From NCBI RefSeq assembly GCF_001194135.2, contig NC_068981.1:91301033-91335851 (forward strand): 34,819 nt of DNA, read 5' to 3'. The position numbers were made by a program, and so were the translations under genes. The DNA comes from Octopus bimaculoides. Its lineage: Eukaryota. This document shows positions 1 to 12,820 of this stretch, piece by piece. Position 1 is the first letter of the stretch. Every line of letters starts with the position of its first letter. The notes under the pieces were generated by a model. It searched no databases, was not told where the DNA came from, and worked only from the letters and a program-made list of their open reading frames with translations.

Positions 1-40
1 ATATATATATATATAGTATTTAGATATAAATATGTACTCA

Positions 41-110
41 AAGAGCCACACAGTGAGACTGAACCCGAAACGGTTAGTTTGGAATTCATGCTTCTTACCA
101 TACAGCAACG
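41..110 (-). mobile_element. SINE family A, degenerate tRNA-like head fragment
   Basis: Reverse complement gctgtatggtaagaagc...cgggttcagtctcactgtgtggc aligns by eye to the heads at 1640-1708 (-) and 3068-3140 (+). Confidence 0.7.
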
Positions 111-454
111 CTTTAAGCACCAGGCCATGACAAACATATTCCTAACATAAAGAGTGCTGTGAAAATGTGATGTATTCGTCATAAGGTGCCTTTTAAATTT
201 TTATACGTTTTTAGTTATTTTTAAAGGATATACTTATATATAAATACTTGACACGAATAAAAAATCATAATAATTCACAGGAGACACAAGATATGTATAA
301 AACATGTGACATACTTTCGCGTTCGGATTTTCCCTCGGAGTCAAATAAGCAATCTTTTTTGTACATTACAAGATATTTGGCATCGTCCTACGCTAAGTAA
401 AAAGATATCACCCTTCATATTAGTTAGTAAATATACTCTGAGGAATATAATGTA

Positions 455-610
455 AGGATTACACATACACATAACACACATATCTAGTAAGAGACAACAC
501 ACATACATAGATAACACACATACATACACACACAACACACATACATAAAACACACCCACACATACATTACATACACACATACACATAACACATACATGCA
601 CACACACATA
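455..610. repeat. Degenerate (CA)/(CATA) low-complexity repeat
   Basis: Directly visible. Confidence 0.9.
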
Positions 611-802
611 CTAACATATGTTCTGCAGAAAATAAAAGAATTCTCAAACGTAGGATGGCGGTGAAGATTATCTGTGTAGCTTAATGGCTATAATTTCCCA
701 TTTCATAATGGTATTTACCTGATTTTCGAAGATACTTGCACAGTCATTCTGCGTTCATGAATGCCTTTATTTTCTGTAGAATACCGACTTAGAAAGTGCT
801 TG

Positions 803-806
<4 letters not shown>

Positions 807-869
<63 letters not shown>

Positions 870-996
870 GAGACACAGACACACACTCATATATATATAT
901 ATACATATATATATATAAGCATATATGTATTTACATATATATGCATATTTACATGCATACATACACACGCACGCATACACACACACACACACACAC
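807..996. repeat. Compound (CA)n/(TA)n microsatellite
   Basis: Directly visible. Confidence 0.97.
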
Positions 997-1176
997 TTAG
1001 CATACACGCCCACAAGGTATAACCTTCTCTAATTTTCCATTATTAATGTGTGGTTGCCATATGTGATTTCTCATAATTTATCTATTTAGTAAGGCTAATA
1101 ATTTCTTCTCTTGTATGAAAAGATTTTACTTGCAACCTAGCAACAGGGAATCCATTTTTGATGCAATTCTACGGAA

Positions 1177-1178
<2 letters not shown>

Positions 1179-1229
<51 letters not shown>
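1179..1229. repeat. (AT)n microsatellite
   Basis: Directly visible; abuts the SINE A tail. Confidence 0.98.
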
Positions 1230-1230
<1 letters not shown>

Positions 1231-1231
<1 letters not shown>

Positions 1232-1707
1232 CTTTTTATTCTTTTATTCTTTACTTGTTTCGGTTATTTGACTGCGGCCGGCGATGCTGGAGCACCGCCT
1301 TTAGTCGAGGAAATCGACCCCAGGACTCATTCATTGTAAGCCTAGTACTTATTCTATCCGTCTTTTTTGTCGAAACACACCAGCATCGGCTATCAAGTGA
1401 TGTCGGCGGGGACAAATACGGACAAATATATGCAAACACACACAGACATACAGACACAGGTACACACGCACACACACACAGACACAGACACACCCACCCA
1501 CCCACACACACAGACACACATACACGCACACACACACACAAACATATGGACACGACAGGCTTCTTTCAGTTTCTGTCTACCAAATCCATTCCCAATGCTT
1601 TGGTCGGGCCGAAGCTATAGTAGAAGACACTTGCCTAAGGTGCCACGCAGTGGGACTGAATCTGAACCATGTGGTTGGTGAGCAAGCCACTTACCACATA
1701 ACCACTC

Positions 1708-1708
<1 letters not shown>
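1231..1708 (-). mobile_element. SINE family A, near full length, with internal (TG)-type microsatellite
   Basis: Minus strand: pol III-like head (tgtggtaag ... gattcagtccc), then caccttaggcaagtgtcttctactatagc, internal repeat ~1435-1540, ataagtactagg...ctggggtcgat module and an AAAAG/AAT-rich tail. Homologous to 3068-3210, 14001-14296 and 29768-30220. Confidence 0.9.
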
Positions 1709-1764
<56 letters not shown>

Positions 1765-1790
1765 TACATACATTTGATCATTGTAATTAT
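1709..1790. repeat. (TA)n/(CATA) microsatellite
   Basis: Directly visible; abuts the SINE A head. Confidence 0.95.
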
Positions 1791-3067
1791 ATATGTACGC
1801 AAATATATGCATTTACATATATGTGTGTATATATAGTTGTCTAAATTTGGCTATATATATATTCTCGTGTGTACAGGAATATATACGTATGCATGTACAT
1901 GGGAGTGCATGTATGTGTGTACATGTTCACATATAAATATGTTTATGTGTGTGGGAATGTATGTATGAGTCTCTGTGTACGTGTGTATGTATCCGACCAA
2001 TGAATATTAAAGTTCAGAGTAAGAAATTCACATATGCAACCAACCATGAAGGACAAATTTGAAATGCATCGAAATAGAAGATAATCCCACTTAAAGGCTA
2101 GCCTGCACCATACGCTACCTTTCATAGCAGTCGGTCAAAAACGCTTTCACAACTCGCAATATGGGTATTTCAGCCGCAACTAAATTCAAATCACCACAAG
2201 CAGAGAAGATGGCCTCGAAGTCGGCGATTCTAAGCAAACGGAGACAACACTTGTATATCGCATGAGGAAACACAACTAGATCTCATTATGCAAACAAACA
2301 GTTGCATAATCAAATAGCTGTATTCTTGGAGAATAACGTTGCGTCAAAACAATTGTAGCGAATAATAAACAAATGTCTAACCGCACTCGCTCCTCCTAAC
2401 TCCAGTTTCTTCAATTTTATATGTGTGTATATGTGTGTTTTATGTATGTGTGTATGTGCGTTTGTGTTTTTATATATGTGTCTGTGTGTGTGTGTGTATT
2501 TGTGTGTAATATATATAAAATGCATCTATCTAGGAAGCTAGCTAGTTACGTCTTTGTCTATCTACATGTCTGTGAAACTATGTATCTATACATGCGTATG
2601 GGTGTGATATTATTCTAAAGAAATAAAACCTGTCCTAAAGTATGCACATATGAAACCATCGATTGTTTTCAAATATTCTGGGCTGAAGCAGAATATATAA
2701 TCTCCAGAATAGATGTGATTTTCTTTGAGGACGTGAGATGTTTGGAAAAAATCAGAGCACTAATTTATTTTATTGTTTGATAAAATTTTCTTTAGCAGTT
2801 TAAAAGTGTAAAATCAACACTAATATTTTTGAAAAAAGAAAATTTCCGAAAGCTTTATCCCTAATTCGAATTACGAAAATGATCTTATACGACGAATTAT
2901 AGCTGTCAAAATATACTTGACTGTACAAAATGTCCTAACATGTGACTTTAAAAGCTATATGTGGTCAACACCAAATCAACTCAGGGCGACAAGAGTCGAC
3001 ACGAGAGGCATTTTGGTCGGGATCAACCTATCTATTTAGATTTCTCAAAATGACATCACATATGAAC

Positions 3068-3210
3068 AGAGGTGGGCTGTGTGGTAAAGAAGCTTGTTTT
3101 CCAATCCACCTAGCCCTGAGTTCAGTCCTAAAGCGGGGCACCTTGGGTAACTGTCTTCTACTATAACCCCGAGCTGACCAAAGAGTAGGTTTGGTAGACA
3201 CAAACTGAAA
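3068..3210 (+). mobile_element. SINE family A, 5' part
   Basis: ggctgtgtggtaaagaagcttg...gagttcagtcc...ggcaccttgggtaactgtcttctactataacc...tttggtagac matches the reverse complement of 1560-1708. Confidence 0.85.
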
Positions 3211-3718
3211 ATATAGGAACAAGTAAATGATAATGGTAAAATACATAATAAGTAACCGCTTCGTATAAGTTTGGAATGTGTGATTTAACGATCAATTGGA
3301 AACTTTGTCTAGAAGTTTAACAAAATCAGGAATATAAAACAAGAACAAATTTCCGGTCTACTGATTGACTAGTTTTAACGATCTGCCTGCTAGAAATCGA
3401 TACACTATATCCTTAAAAGCGGATTTTACTTACGTGAATAATACAGTAGCTGTCAAACATAAACAAATCGGCCCTGCATTATGGAAATGTTATAATAATT
3501 ACAATTCACAAGATGCTCGAATTATGATCGTTGATTCGGGAATAACACAAAGAAAACAATGGGTCTGTATGAGGGTTTCCATTAAAATATCATATGAATT
3601 CAACTCGTTGCGGGATATTCAAACCAGCAAAGGGATTGAACAGCGACAAATTAATTATGTCATCATTTAAACGCATGCTCGCGCACACATACACACGTAC
3701 ATCCATATACATACGAAT

Positions 3719-3759
<41 letters not shown>

Positions 3760-4134
3760 NNNNNNNNNNNNNNNNNNNNNNNNNNNNNNNNNNNNNNNNN
3801 NNNNNNNNNNNNNNNNNNNNNNNNNNNNNNNNNNNNNNNNNNNNNNNNNNNNNNNNNNNNNNNNNNNNNNNNNNNNNNNNNNNNNNNNNNNNNNNNNNNN
3901 NNNNNNNNNNNNNNNNNNNNNNNNNNNNNNNNNNNNNNNNNNNNNNNNNNNNNNNNNNNNNNNNNNNNNNNNNNNNNNNNNNNNNNNNNNNNNNNNNNNN
4001 NNNNNNNNNNNNNNNNNNNNNNNNNNNNNNNNNNNNNNNNNNNNNNNNNNNNNNNNNNNNNNNNNNNNNNNNNNNNNNNNNNNNNNNNNNNNNNNNNNNN
4101 NNNNNNNNNNNNNNNNNNNNNNNNNNNNNNNNNN

Positions 4135-4180
<46 letters not shown>

Positions 4181-4207
4181 TGTTACACACACACACACAC
4201 ACATACA
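3719..4207. repeat. (TA)n/(CA)n microsatellite interrupted by assembly gap (N 3760-4134)
   Basis: Directly visible. Confidence 0.97.
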
Positions 4208-4330
4208 TAGTGTAAATGAGTGAAAAAGGGGTACAAGTGTCAATTCATTACGACCGTTTGAAACGATTACTTTAATTAATTAATGCAAATATTTCATCAG
4301 GGCTAAAACATTTACATTGATTCTGTTGGT

Positions 4331-4410
4331 GGCAGAATGAGTTTGCCAAATAGTTTATATCTTGCCAGTTGGCAGAATAATTTTACCAAATAGTTTATAT
4401 CATGCCAGTA
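4331..4410. repeat. Two-copy 40 bp tandem duplication
   Basis: ggcagaatgagtttgccaaatagtttatatcttgccagtt / ggcagaataattttaccaaatagtttatatcatgccagta. Confidence 0.9.
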
Positions 4411-4951
4411 GGGGAAGGAATAATTGAATGCAGTGACCCAGTTACCAATACTTCAAAACAAAAGAGGGAGGATTATCCCCAACCGTCTAGAATTAAGACT
4501 TAGGGGAGTTGTACATGTCTTTTGGTCAGTGGTGATAAATTAATTGACAACATATTGGCCTGCACAAAAATAATGATCCTAATTAGATCGGCACAACAAA
4601 CTCTTTTTGATTTCTACTTGCCCAATTTAATTTCAATAGCCGTTTGTGTTTCCTTTAAAAAATGAATGAGCATAATAATTCCCATTCTGAGAACCGTGTA
4701 ACATCTCTTCCAATTAAGAGGCTATAAATAAATGCTTATTTACGAAGTAACAATAGTGAATCCAAGTTATCAAGTAAGTAAACATCCTAATGGACTGTAG
4801 ATATAAAGGTCAGTGGTTAGTGACAAAATTTATTTAAGTGTTATGTTACCTCCCAAATGTCTCCAACTAATTGAAGTCAGATTCCACACCAAATGATCAA
4901 AAGCAGCGGCATCACTAGTGGTTCAAATTAACGCAAAGTATCCATCAGCGT

Positions 4952-5006
4952 TTTGTGCGTGTCTGTGTAAAAGAGAAACGTTTGTGCGTGTCTATGTAAA
5001 AGAGAA
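4952..5006. repeat. Two-copy 29 bp tandem duplication
   Basis: tttgtgcgtgtctgtgtaaaagagaa repeated as tttgtgcgtgtctatgtaaaagagaa. Confidence 0.88.
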
Positions 5007-6621
5007 GAGAGAAAGAAAATGAAAAGAGTAACTGAAATACATATTAAAAAATGTTTTGCTCGACGTCATAAACCAATGGAAATTAAACCCGGACAATAAG
5101 TAAAATACAGAACAAGATATAAAGTCAGCGTGCCTTTCCTCCACACTCTGTATTTCGTTATCTCTTTCATCTTTCCTTCTCACTTACGTTTCTTCATTCC
5201 CTTATCTTCTATTCAGTTCCAACTTCGCCACAATACTTTTTTTTTTATCTCTTCCTATAATTCTAGCTCTACTGATTGGATAGCTTCATTCATTGTGATG
5301 TCTGACTTGTTGCTGTTCAGCTAGATCTCCGTCTTGTTTCTATGTTATAGATCGAACATCCATCTATACTAATTCATTTTCTCTGAGAGTTACACTTTGT
5401 ACAATCGTCTCCGGTTTATTTTTTACCTCTTATAGAATGACCTCACAGTTTAATACCATTTGCAACTTCGTCCGGTGTCCTGTTTATTTTAACAATATGA
5501 ACTATTATCTCGTTTAATGTTGCCGTCTTGTTTTAACAAAAAAAAAAAAAAGAAAAAGAGAAGAAAATAAAAAAGAAATCAAGAAAAGAAAAGAAAAGGA
5601 AAAAGAAACAACAAAAAGAAATAGGTGTTGTGATAATTAAGTTGAAATTGAACTGAAATTCAATCACAGGCTGACGAATAAGTGTAGGTAACATTGGATC
5701 TCAGTAGCGGCATAAAATGCTTACATACATATTCGAACACCTACGATTTTGATGACTGAACTACATAGCTGTTCACTATGCGCATATTTATGTAGAAGCG
5801 TTTATAAACACCATCATGCATACGTATGCATCGATGACATGCAAACCAGTTTTGTGCTTATTCATAAACACAGCTATAAGCGACCAGCAAAATTTAAGCT
5901 TAATATTTCATAGTTCGATGTAATCCGATTTCATTAAAGTGACTTGAAGAATAACCACATTGTCGCTGATCTCAATGCAATCGTTAGTTGCAGTCTGTAA
6001 TGATTTGTTCGTGGAATTAATACCGATAGATTCAACAATGATACACGCATAATTTATCATTGTTTTCGATAGATTTAATATTTGATAATTTATGATTTAT
6101 GAAAGATCTTACAAAATTATTAAGTTCCAATTTCATCCATTCAGAGATTTTCATGAAATTATGCATATATATTTACAGATTAAACCTCGTGCTAAAGTTT
6201 CGTTTCACTTGCGTTTGATAGTGAATTCCTCTTATTTAGATGAATGGTCGGATTGCTAGTTCTCGACTATCTTTTTAATGCGTTACTTCTCATATTGACT
6301 GCAATGATTGAAGCGTCCTAGAAACACCAGCCAAAATCCCCATATAATCCCACCTTATCGACTTGAATAACACTGTCGCTTTTGACAGGACATTTACAAG
6401 TGCAGCACATGGGGTCCTACATCTGCTCGTTCGAAGATAAACCATCATGAATACCGTGGCTAAACGAAGAGTAACAACAATACACAAATAAACAATTGAG
6501 ACACAATCACGTCTAAATCGAAACTACTATGTCGTCAAGTATGAAATTTCTAGTAAGATGTATGGTAAACTTATACAGCTGCTCATTTTGCGCCATTATT
6601 ATATTTTGACAATCTTTATTT

Positions 6622-6950
<329 letters not shown>

Positions 6951-6951
6951 A

Positions 6952-7758
6952 ATGGACAAAGTAGACACTATCAAACATTCTACATTGAATATCTTTTCTA
7001 ATGATTCCAAACTCCAGAAAGTCATAAATGGTTTGGGAGACCAAACATGCCTTCAGTTAGATCTGTTTGCTGCTGTCCAATGGGCGGGAAAACACAACAT
7101 GCTTCTAAATGAAGATAAGTTTGATTTGATCCACCTCGGAAACGAGGATACTCTGAAATTACCATATGCTCTTCCCTCGGACGACTCCCTAGTCTCATCC
7201 AACAACACCAGAGACCTTCGAGTAATTGTTGATAGCCACCTAAGCTGGAGTTCCCACGTAAACAGCAAGATTGACTTGCCTCTCAAAATGATGTCCACAT
7301 GTCCTCCTTCTCTACTCTACTTTTGCCCGACCTCACCTTGAATACTGTTGCCCACTGTGGTCTCCCCATAGGAAACAATTCATTATGAAAGTGGAAGCAC
7401 TTCAGAGGTCAATAACAAGAAAGATAGACTACAAAAGTCGAATACAGGACACATAACAACATTATGTCACAATTAGTTTACCTCAACCGGTCCAGGCTCT
7501 CTTTAATACCATACCAAAATACGTCAAAACAGAAACGGATCCCATAAAATTCAAAAGTTCACTAGACAAATTTCTTCAAAAAATCCCGGACCAACCTCCT
7601 ACATCCGAATATGTCTCCAAGAATAATAACTCTTGGCTAGAATGAGCCATGGTGCCCCATATATGACTAAAAGACGTCATCAGGTGGTGCTAGTAAGTTA
7701 GAAATGGCCTGGGCCCATACTGGCCGAAACCTTTCAAAGTTATCAAAGTTATGTATGA
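6952..7758 (+). mobile_element. 5'-truncated, frameshifted CR1-clade LINE (RT C-terminus and 3' UTR)
   Basis: IFSNDSKL (FADDTKL-like), LQLDL...W...MLLNEDKF..IHLG, RDLRVIVDSHLSWSSH; RPHLEYCCPLWSPH...LQRSITRKI from 7328; LFNTIP...FKSSLDKFLQKIPDQP with stop at 7643-7645; terminal tcaaagtta repeated twice. Confidence 0.9.
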
Positions 7759-7960
7759 TGCGCATCACGCTATGCTTATGAAATATGATTCATTCTTTCC
7801 AACTGCGATCTATTAAAAATTTATAAACGGATATTTTCGTGTTATAAAAGCGGATTTATCTGTTTAATTATTAAATGTTCAGATCATTCTTTAATATTGG
7901 TTGCCACACGAAATAAATGATACAATTACATACGCAAATACAACCTGCTCTTGTACGGCC

Positions 7961-8213
7961 ATATCTCTCCATCAGAGACGGTGCGATAAAATGTTTGAGT
8001 ATTAATTATTGTAGAGAAGATGTGAAATACAGAGAGAAATAAGAAAATGAATATAGAAGTGAGATACATAAGGATATTGTATTTGCAGGTTCATTATTCA
8101 AGTAGAATGGTGTATATAAATGAAGAATTTTTCTTGTAACTGGTGTGTGAGTTCGACGGTGGTTATATTTGGTCATTCCAAGCATAGAGCTTTCTAAACA
8201 GTATTGGTCGACC

Positions 8214-8244
<31 letters not shown>

Positions 8245-8512
8245 GATCGACCAACACTGGCTCTATGCCTGGATTGGCCAAGTATAGCCACCCTCGGAAC
8301 TCACAAACGAGCTACGAGAAAATTTCTTCACCAAAAAAATTTCTTCACTATATTTATATACACCATTCTACTTGAATAATGAAACTGCAGATGCAATATC
8401 CTTATGTATCTCACTTCTATTTTCATTCTCTTACTTCACTCTATATTTCATATCTTATCTACAATAATTAATACTTAAACATTTCATCGTACCGTTTCTG
8501 ATGAAGGGATAT
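7961..8512. repeat. Long imperfect palindrome: arms ~7961-8212 and ~8244-8512, spacer poly(A) plus tccctt
   Basis: The reverse complement of the left arm aligns along its whole length with the right arm, e.g. tttatatacaccattctacttgaataatgaa and caatatccttatgtatctcacttcta. About 85% identity by manual count in the inner ~90 bp. Confidence 0.93.
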
Positions 8513-8541
8513 ATATAATACCTCGGAAACAGCTGTAAGAC
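8494..8541 (+). ncRNA. Decayed minimal type I hammerhead ribozyme motif (Penelope-like pLTR type)
   Basis: gttt-CTGATGA(8498-8504)-stem II-GAAAC(8526-8530)-AGCT-GTA(8535-8537)-agac; the inverted copy has gtct in stem I, complementary to agac. Confidence 0.65.
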
Positions 8542-10319
8542 CTTTTCTTGATAAATGTTATGAATTTTAATTACAGCCTTGGTTTTTTTTATCACATTCT
8601 GTCAATTTATATATATATGCATGCTGATACATGACCCATGTTGGATTCCTCACTCGTATCATTATCGAGCCTGGAGCTTAACCATGTTCTATCTATAGCA
8701 CTTACTGTCTGCCCGATGCCTATATAAATTAATGAGATATACGGAAGATGGAAGATACGAGAATCTTTGTTGATCACTCCAATCGTGAGTGGGATACTGT
8801 ACAACTGGTTTAGGCTCGTACAAGCACACACGTGCGTAGTCTGCGGCACATACATTTGCACACAGAATTAAGTAGATATTAATAAATTCAGTACCTATTA
8901 CTGGCCAGTGGTACGATACATCTTGGTGAGGAGTCATAGATTTTGTGGTGCGCTCCATTGGGTGTGGTTGCTTGCACGCTCATAAATACGAACATAAATA
9001 TTGACATACACTCATACATACTCACGCGGGCATTATGCACACATTCCAGGGTATATTGCTATGCACACATGCATACACATCTGAGATGATGGCGCAATTA
9101 CTATGTTTGCATGAATGTATGTAGCGCCTTTGTGCATTTGTAATGTCATCTTTTTCTTTCTGTCTTTCAGTTGTGTGTAACTACCATAAATCTGTTTTTT
9201 TTTTTTGTAAATTTTGTTTTCACAAGTCAGATTTTTATTTGTATTGTTTTTCTATGTCTCTTTCTTTCTCCAGCTCATTCACAAGCTATATGAAATCAAC
9301 CTTTCTAAAACTTCATTTTAGCTAGAATTGAGATACTGCAGATGAAAATTTAGATCACTGCCATATAATCGATTACTCTGAGTGTGTCATAGTGCGTAGT
9401 CTTACCATGATTTACATTCTGAAGCAGACAAATGTCTCAAAACTAAGACTGATAAATGTGTTTAGATTATGAAATGATTTTGTCAAGTGATAGAATTAAA
9501 CTATCATTGGATGTGTACTTTTGCACTTCTAACGGTAAATCTCCTTCATTTGGTTAGTAAAACACCCCCAACCAAATCATCCCATGTCTCTATATACGTG
9601 AATTCCTTTACTTGTATTGTTTTGTTCACAAAAATTAAGACTAGAAGATTATGGTATTTCAGTGTACATCAATACTTTGCGGGTACGACATCGACTTTTG
9701 CGAAATTGATAGTTTCGAAGCTTTTCCGGACTAATGATTTATCTGTACCAGAGGTGTTCACCACTAAATTAAATAATAAAATGAAGTACAGGTACCTGTA
9801 CATTTGGATTACTGTGTGTGCGCGCGCGTGCGTATGTGTGAAATAAGTAGAGATACCTACATTTTTTCAATCCATCCTTACACATTTTTCATTACGAATG
9901 ACTGCGCAATGCAAGAATAGTTCAACCGCCCGATTAAATCTACAAAATACAAGTATATGGTTAATAAGAGTAAAGGTTGTTTTGAGATTATTTATAGTAG
10001 TGAGATAGTTAAATTCTCTCTTCAGAATATAGATAACATCTATTTAAACTGGCTTCTTGACTGTAGAGGAATTAATACCTAATCATGATAAAGTTGTTGG
10101 TGAGTGAGAAAAGCACCTCACAAGATGAAACACACGAGATACTTACGAATCACAAACGTAAATGATCAGGAAACGTTCCTTTCCTAGCATTTAAAAACTT
10201 TGAATATTTACCATCACTCACTCGTATATGTAGACTGTCACACATTCACATATATAATACATTTATCTATATATATCTATATATGTATATATAATATAAT
10301 ATAATATAATATACGATTA

Positions 10320-11357
10320 AACCTTGGGAGAGGCATTTGAATTTCAAAGAGACCGTATTGTGGGTCAATCTGAAAGTGAACTTAGCGTAAAAATCGCAGA
10401 AAACCCTGGGATCCCGCTTTCTACAGTTAATAGAATGGTGATGTAATTGACCATTGAGGCGGAGGAATCCACATTCAGCTCGCCAAAGTCGACCAGGCTG
10501 CTTTGACAGGACCCTTCACTTTGTTAAGTGAAGTGTAGAGGATAATCCTCGTTGTAAGGTCTGTGACATAGTAGAACAAGGTGATGTCTGTCCCAGAACA
10601 GCTATCAGGTATATTCACTAACTTGATTACTATGGCAGAGCAGCAAGAAGGAAGACGCATCTTCGACCAGTCAATATCAAGCGGAAAAGACATTGGGCCA
10701 GTGAGATGGTGGAAAGGCCACTAGTATTTTGGAAAACTGTCATATTCTCTGATGACTCCAGATTTGCTGTATTTTCAAGAGAGTGGTCGCGTGTGGGTCT
10801 CTAGACTCTGTGATTACGAATTTTGCGTGAAATTATTGCAGCTACCAATGAAACATGGTGGCTATTCTGTGATGGTCTGGAGAACAATTTGGAGCAATTT
10901 GGACTCATTCCTATCTTTTCCAATGATGAAATAATTGAAGAAGAAGTTTTAATTATGGGAGATGGGACACTTTGTCACACGGCTGAAATGATTCAAGATT
11001 GGTTGGAAGAGAATAGCATCAAAACGCTTCCATGCTGAAGTCAGTCACCAGATATGGACCTTATAGAAGACGTATGGGACACAAGAGACAGGAAACCTCG
11101 TAAAAAGAACCAGAAAGCACCCTGAAAACCAGATCTTTTGAGATTACTGCATGAAAATTGGCAAGAAATTCTTCAAGAGAACATTCGTCATCTGATCAGT
11201 AGTATGCTTAATAGGACCCTTGCATTGAAAAACGTAAAGGGCATGTCTACTAAATGCTAGATATTCACATTATCATAATCAATAATTTGAATATCTAATT
11301 ACGGATTTAAATAACTTTTAATGAACATAAGGTGTCAAATTACTTCCGTTATGTCTG
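10320..11357 (+). mobile_element. Tc1 (DD34E) transposon remnant, transposase pseudogene
   Basis: FEFQRDRIVG...IPLSTVNR (HTH); RAARRK; VIFSDDSRF (D at 10751); KHGGYSVMVW; D at 10961 and E at 11066 separated by 34 codons (SPDMDLIEDVW); LISSML...KGMSTK-stop 11260. Right end ...CTG followed by TA at 11358. Multiple stops and frameshifts; left TIR not found. Confidence 0.9.
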
Positions 11358-11361
11358 TATA

Positions 11362-11404
11362 NNNNNNNNNNNNNNNNNNNNNNNNNNNNNNNNNNNNNNN
11401 NNNN

Positions 11405-11492
<88 letters not shown>

Positions 11493-11512
11493 CTGTGTGT
11501 GTGTGTGAGTGT
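11362..11512. repeat. Gap (N 11362-11403) followed by (GT)n
   Basis: Directly visible. Confidence 0.97.
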
Positions 11513-11899
11513 GTACATTTATGAGGCCATATCATGCGTAGCACAAAGCAAATAAGCAGAAAATTAAACCATCCAAAAGCAATTATCAATTCGACAATTA
11601 ATGCCGTTTATTGGGACTTTCGGCAAAGGAAGAAGTATGTAGACAATGAAGCATACTATAATATAGCTTCAGATCGGGCTGGCTCCACTGAGAAAATTCA
11701 AAATATTCCCGACGGCCAAATTATGATAGCACATATGGAAGTAGATATACAGAAATTGATGAATGATAATAATGACCATGGTAATAACAGAACTAAATTC
11801 GTTAAGATAAACATTAACGGGATGGATAGGAGGATGAACATAATTCATAATAGGAAATGCAGTGTAGTAACGGCCAGAATTAATCAACCTAGAATTAAT

Positions 11900-12789
11900 C
11901 AGGCCATTGCAACCTTCGGGCAGCACTACTGCAGTAAATGAAGGCTGTTGTTTTGACCGCCTTTCAAATGTACATTTCCCTGCTCTCACCACCACTATTG
12001 CCCCTACACCGGAGAAGGAGGAAGAGAAGAATATCAGCATGATTACCAAAGAAGCCGACACCAGCAACACCACCAAGACCAACAACAAAAGCCATTGTAA
12101 CGGTTTCGCATCCGCAGCAAAGCAAATCTCGGAGGAAATCAATGTTACAATGGACGAAATAAAAACCGTAAAGGAGTTGTTAAGGAAGCATGCAAACAAT
12201 GTCTTCCTTAACAGTCCCCAACAAGTAATACAAGAAACCAATAGAAGAATGATAATTTATAAAATTTTCAATGTAAAACACAAAAAAATTGGAGATAGTA
12301 TTGAAGCCCATATGGAGCTAAAAATCTTTCGTCGCCAAAGGGAAGCGGTTTGGAACAGTAGACTTTCGCTTCCCAACGGAAGAAATATGCAAACAACAGT
12401 CCACAACCCCCACTCAAAACAGAGGATTTTCTGCTCGTGCCGACATATCTTGGTCGGCGCGTAACAAAGATAAAAATCGAACAAGTGCCACCCGAACTCA
12501 ATACATGCTGGCTAGTGGCAGCTGTCCTCTACGACATAGAAGACACTACCACTATTTTAGAAGTGCATAAATTGCACAGTCAAAACTGGTTGGGTATAGG
12601 AATGGAGCTCCTCGCTCAGATCGATCAACAAAGATTAAATTCCATACCCGACTCTATAAATTTGCCGGACGGAACAAGACAGCACGTTGCTGTAGAGAGG
12701 CAAAGACCCTCTACGAAAACATTTCAAAGTCGATTGCCCCGTTTATAAGGAAAGAATGGAGGCGGAGAAGAAAAAGAAGTCGCAGCAGC

Positions 12790-12820
<31 letters not shown>

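Noticed and set aside
3365-3670. 101 aa ORF
   Set aside because: Non-ATG start, no recognisable motif or splice support.
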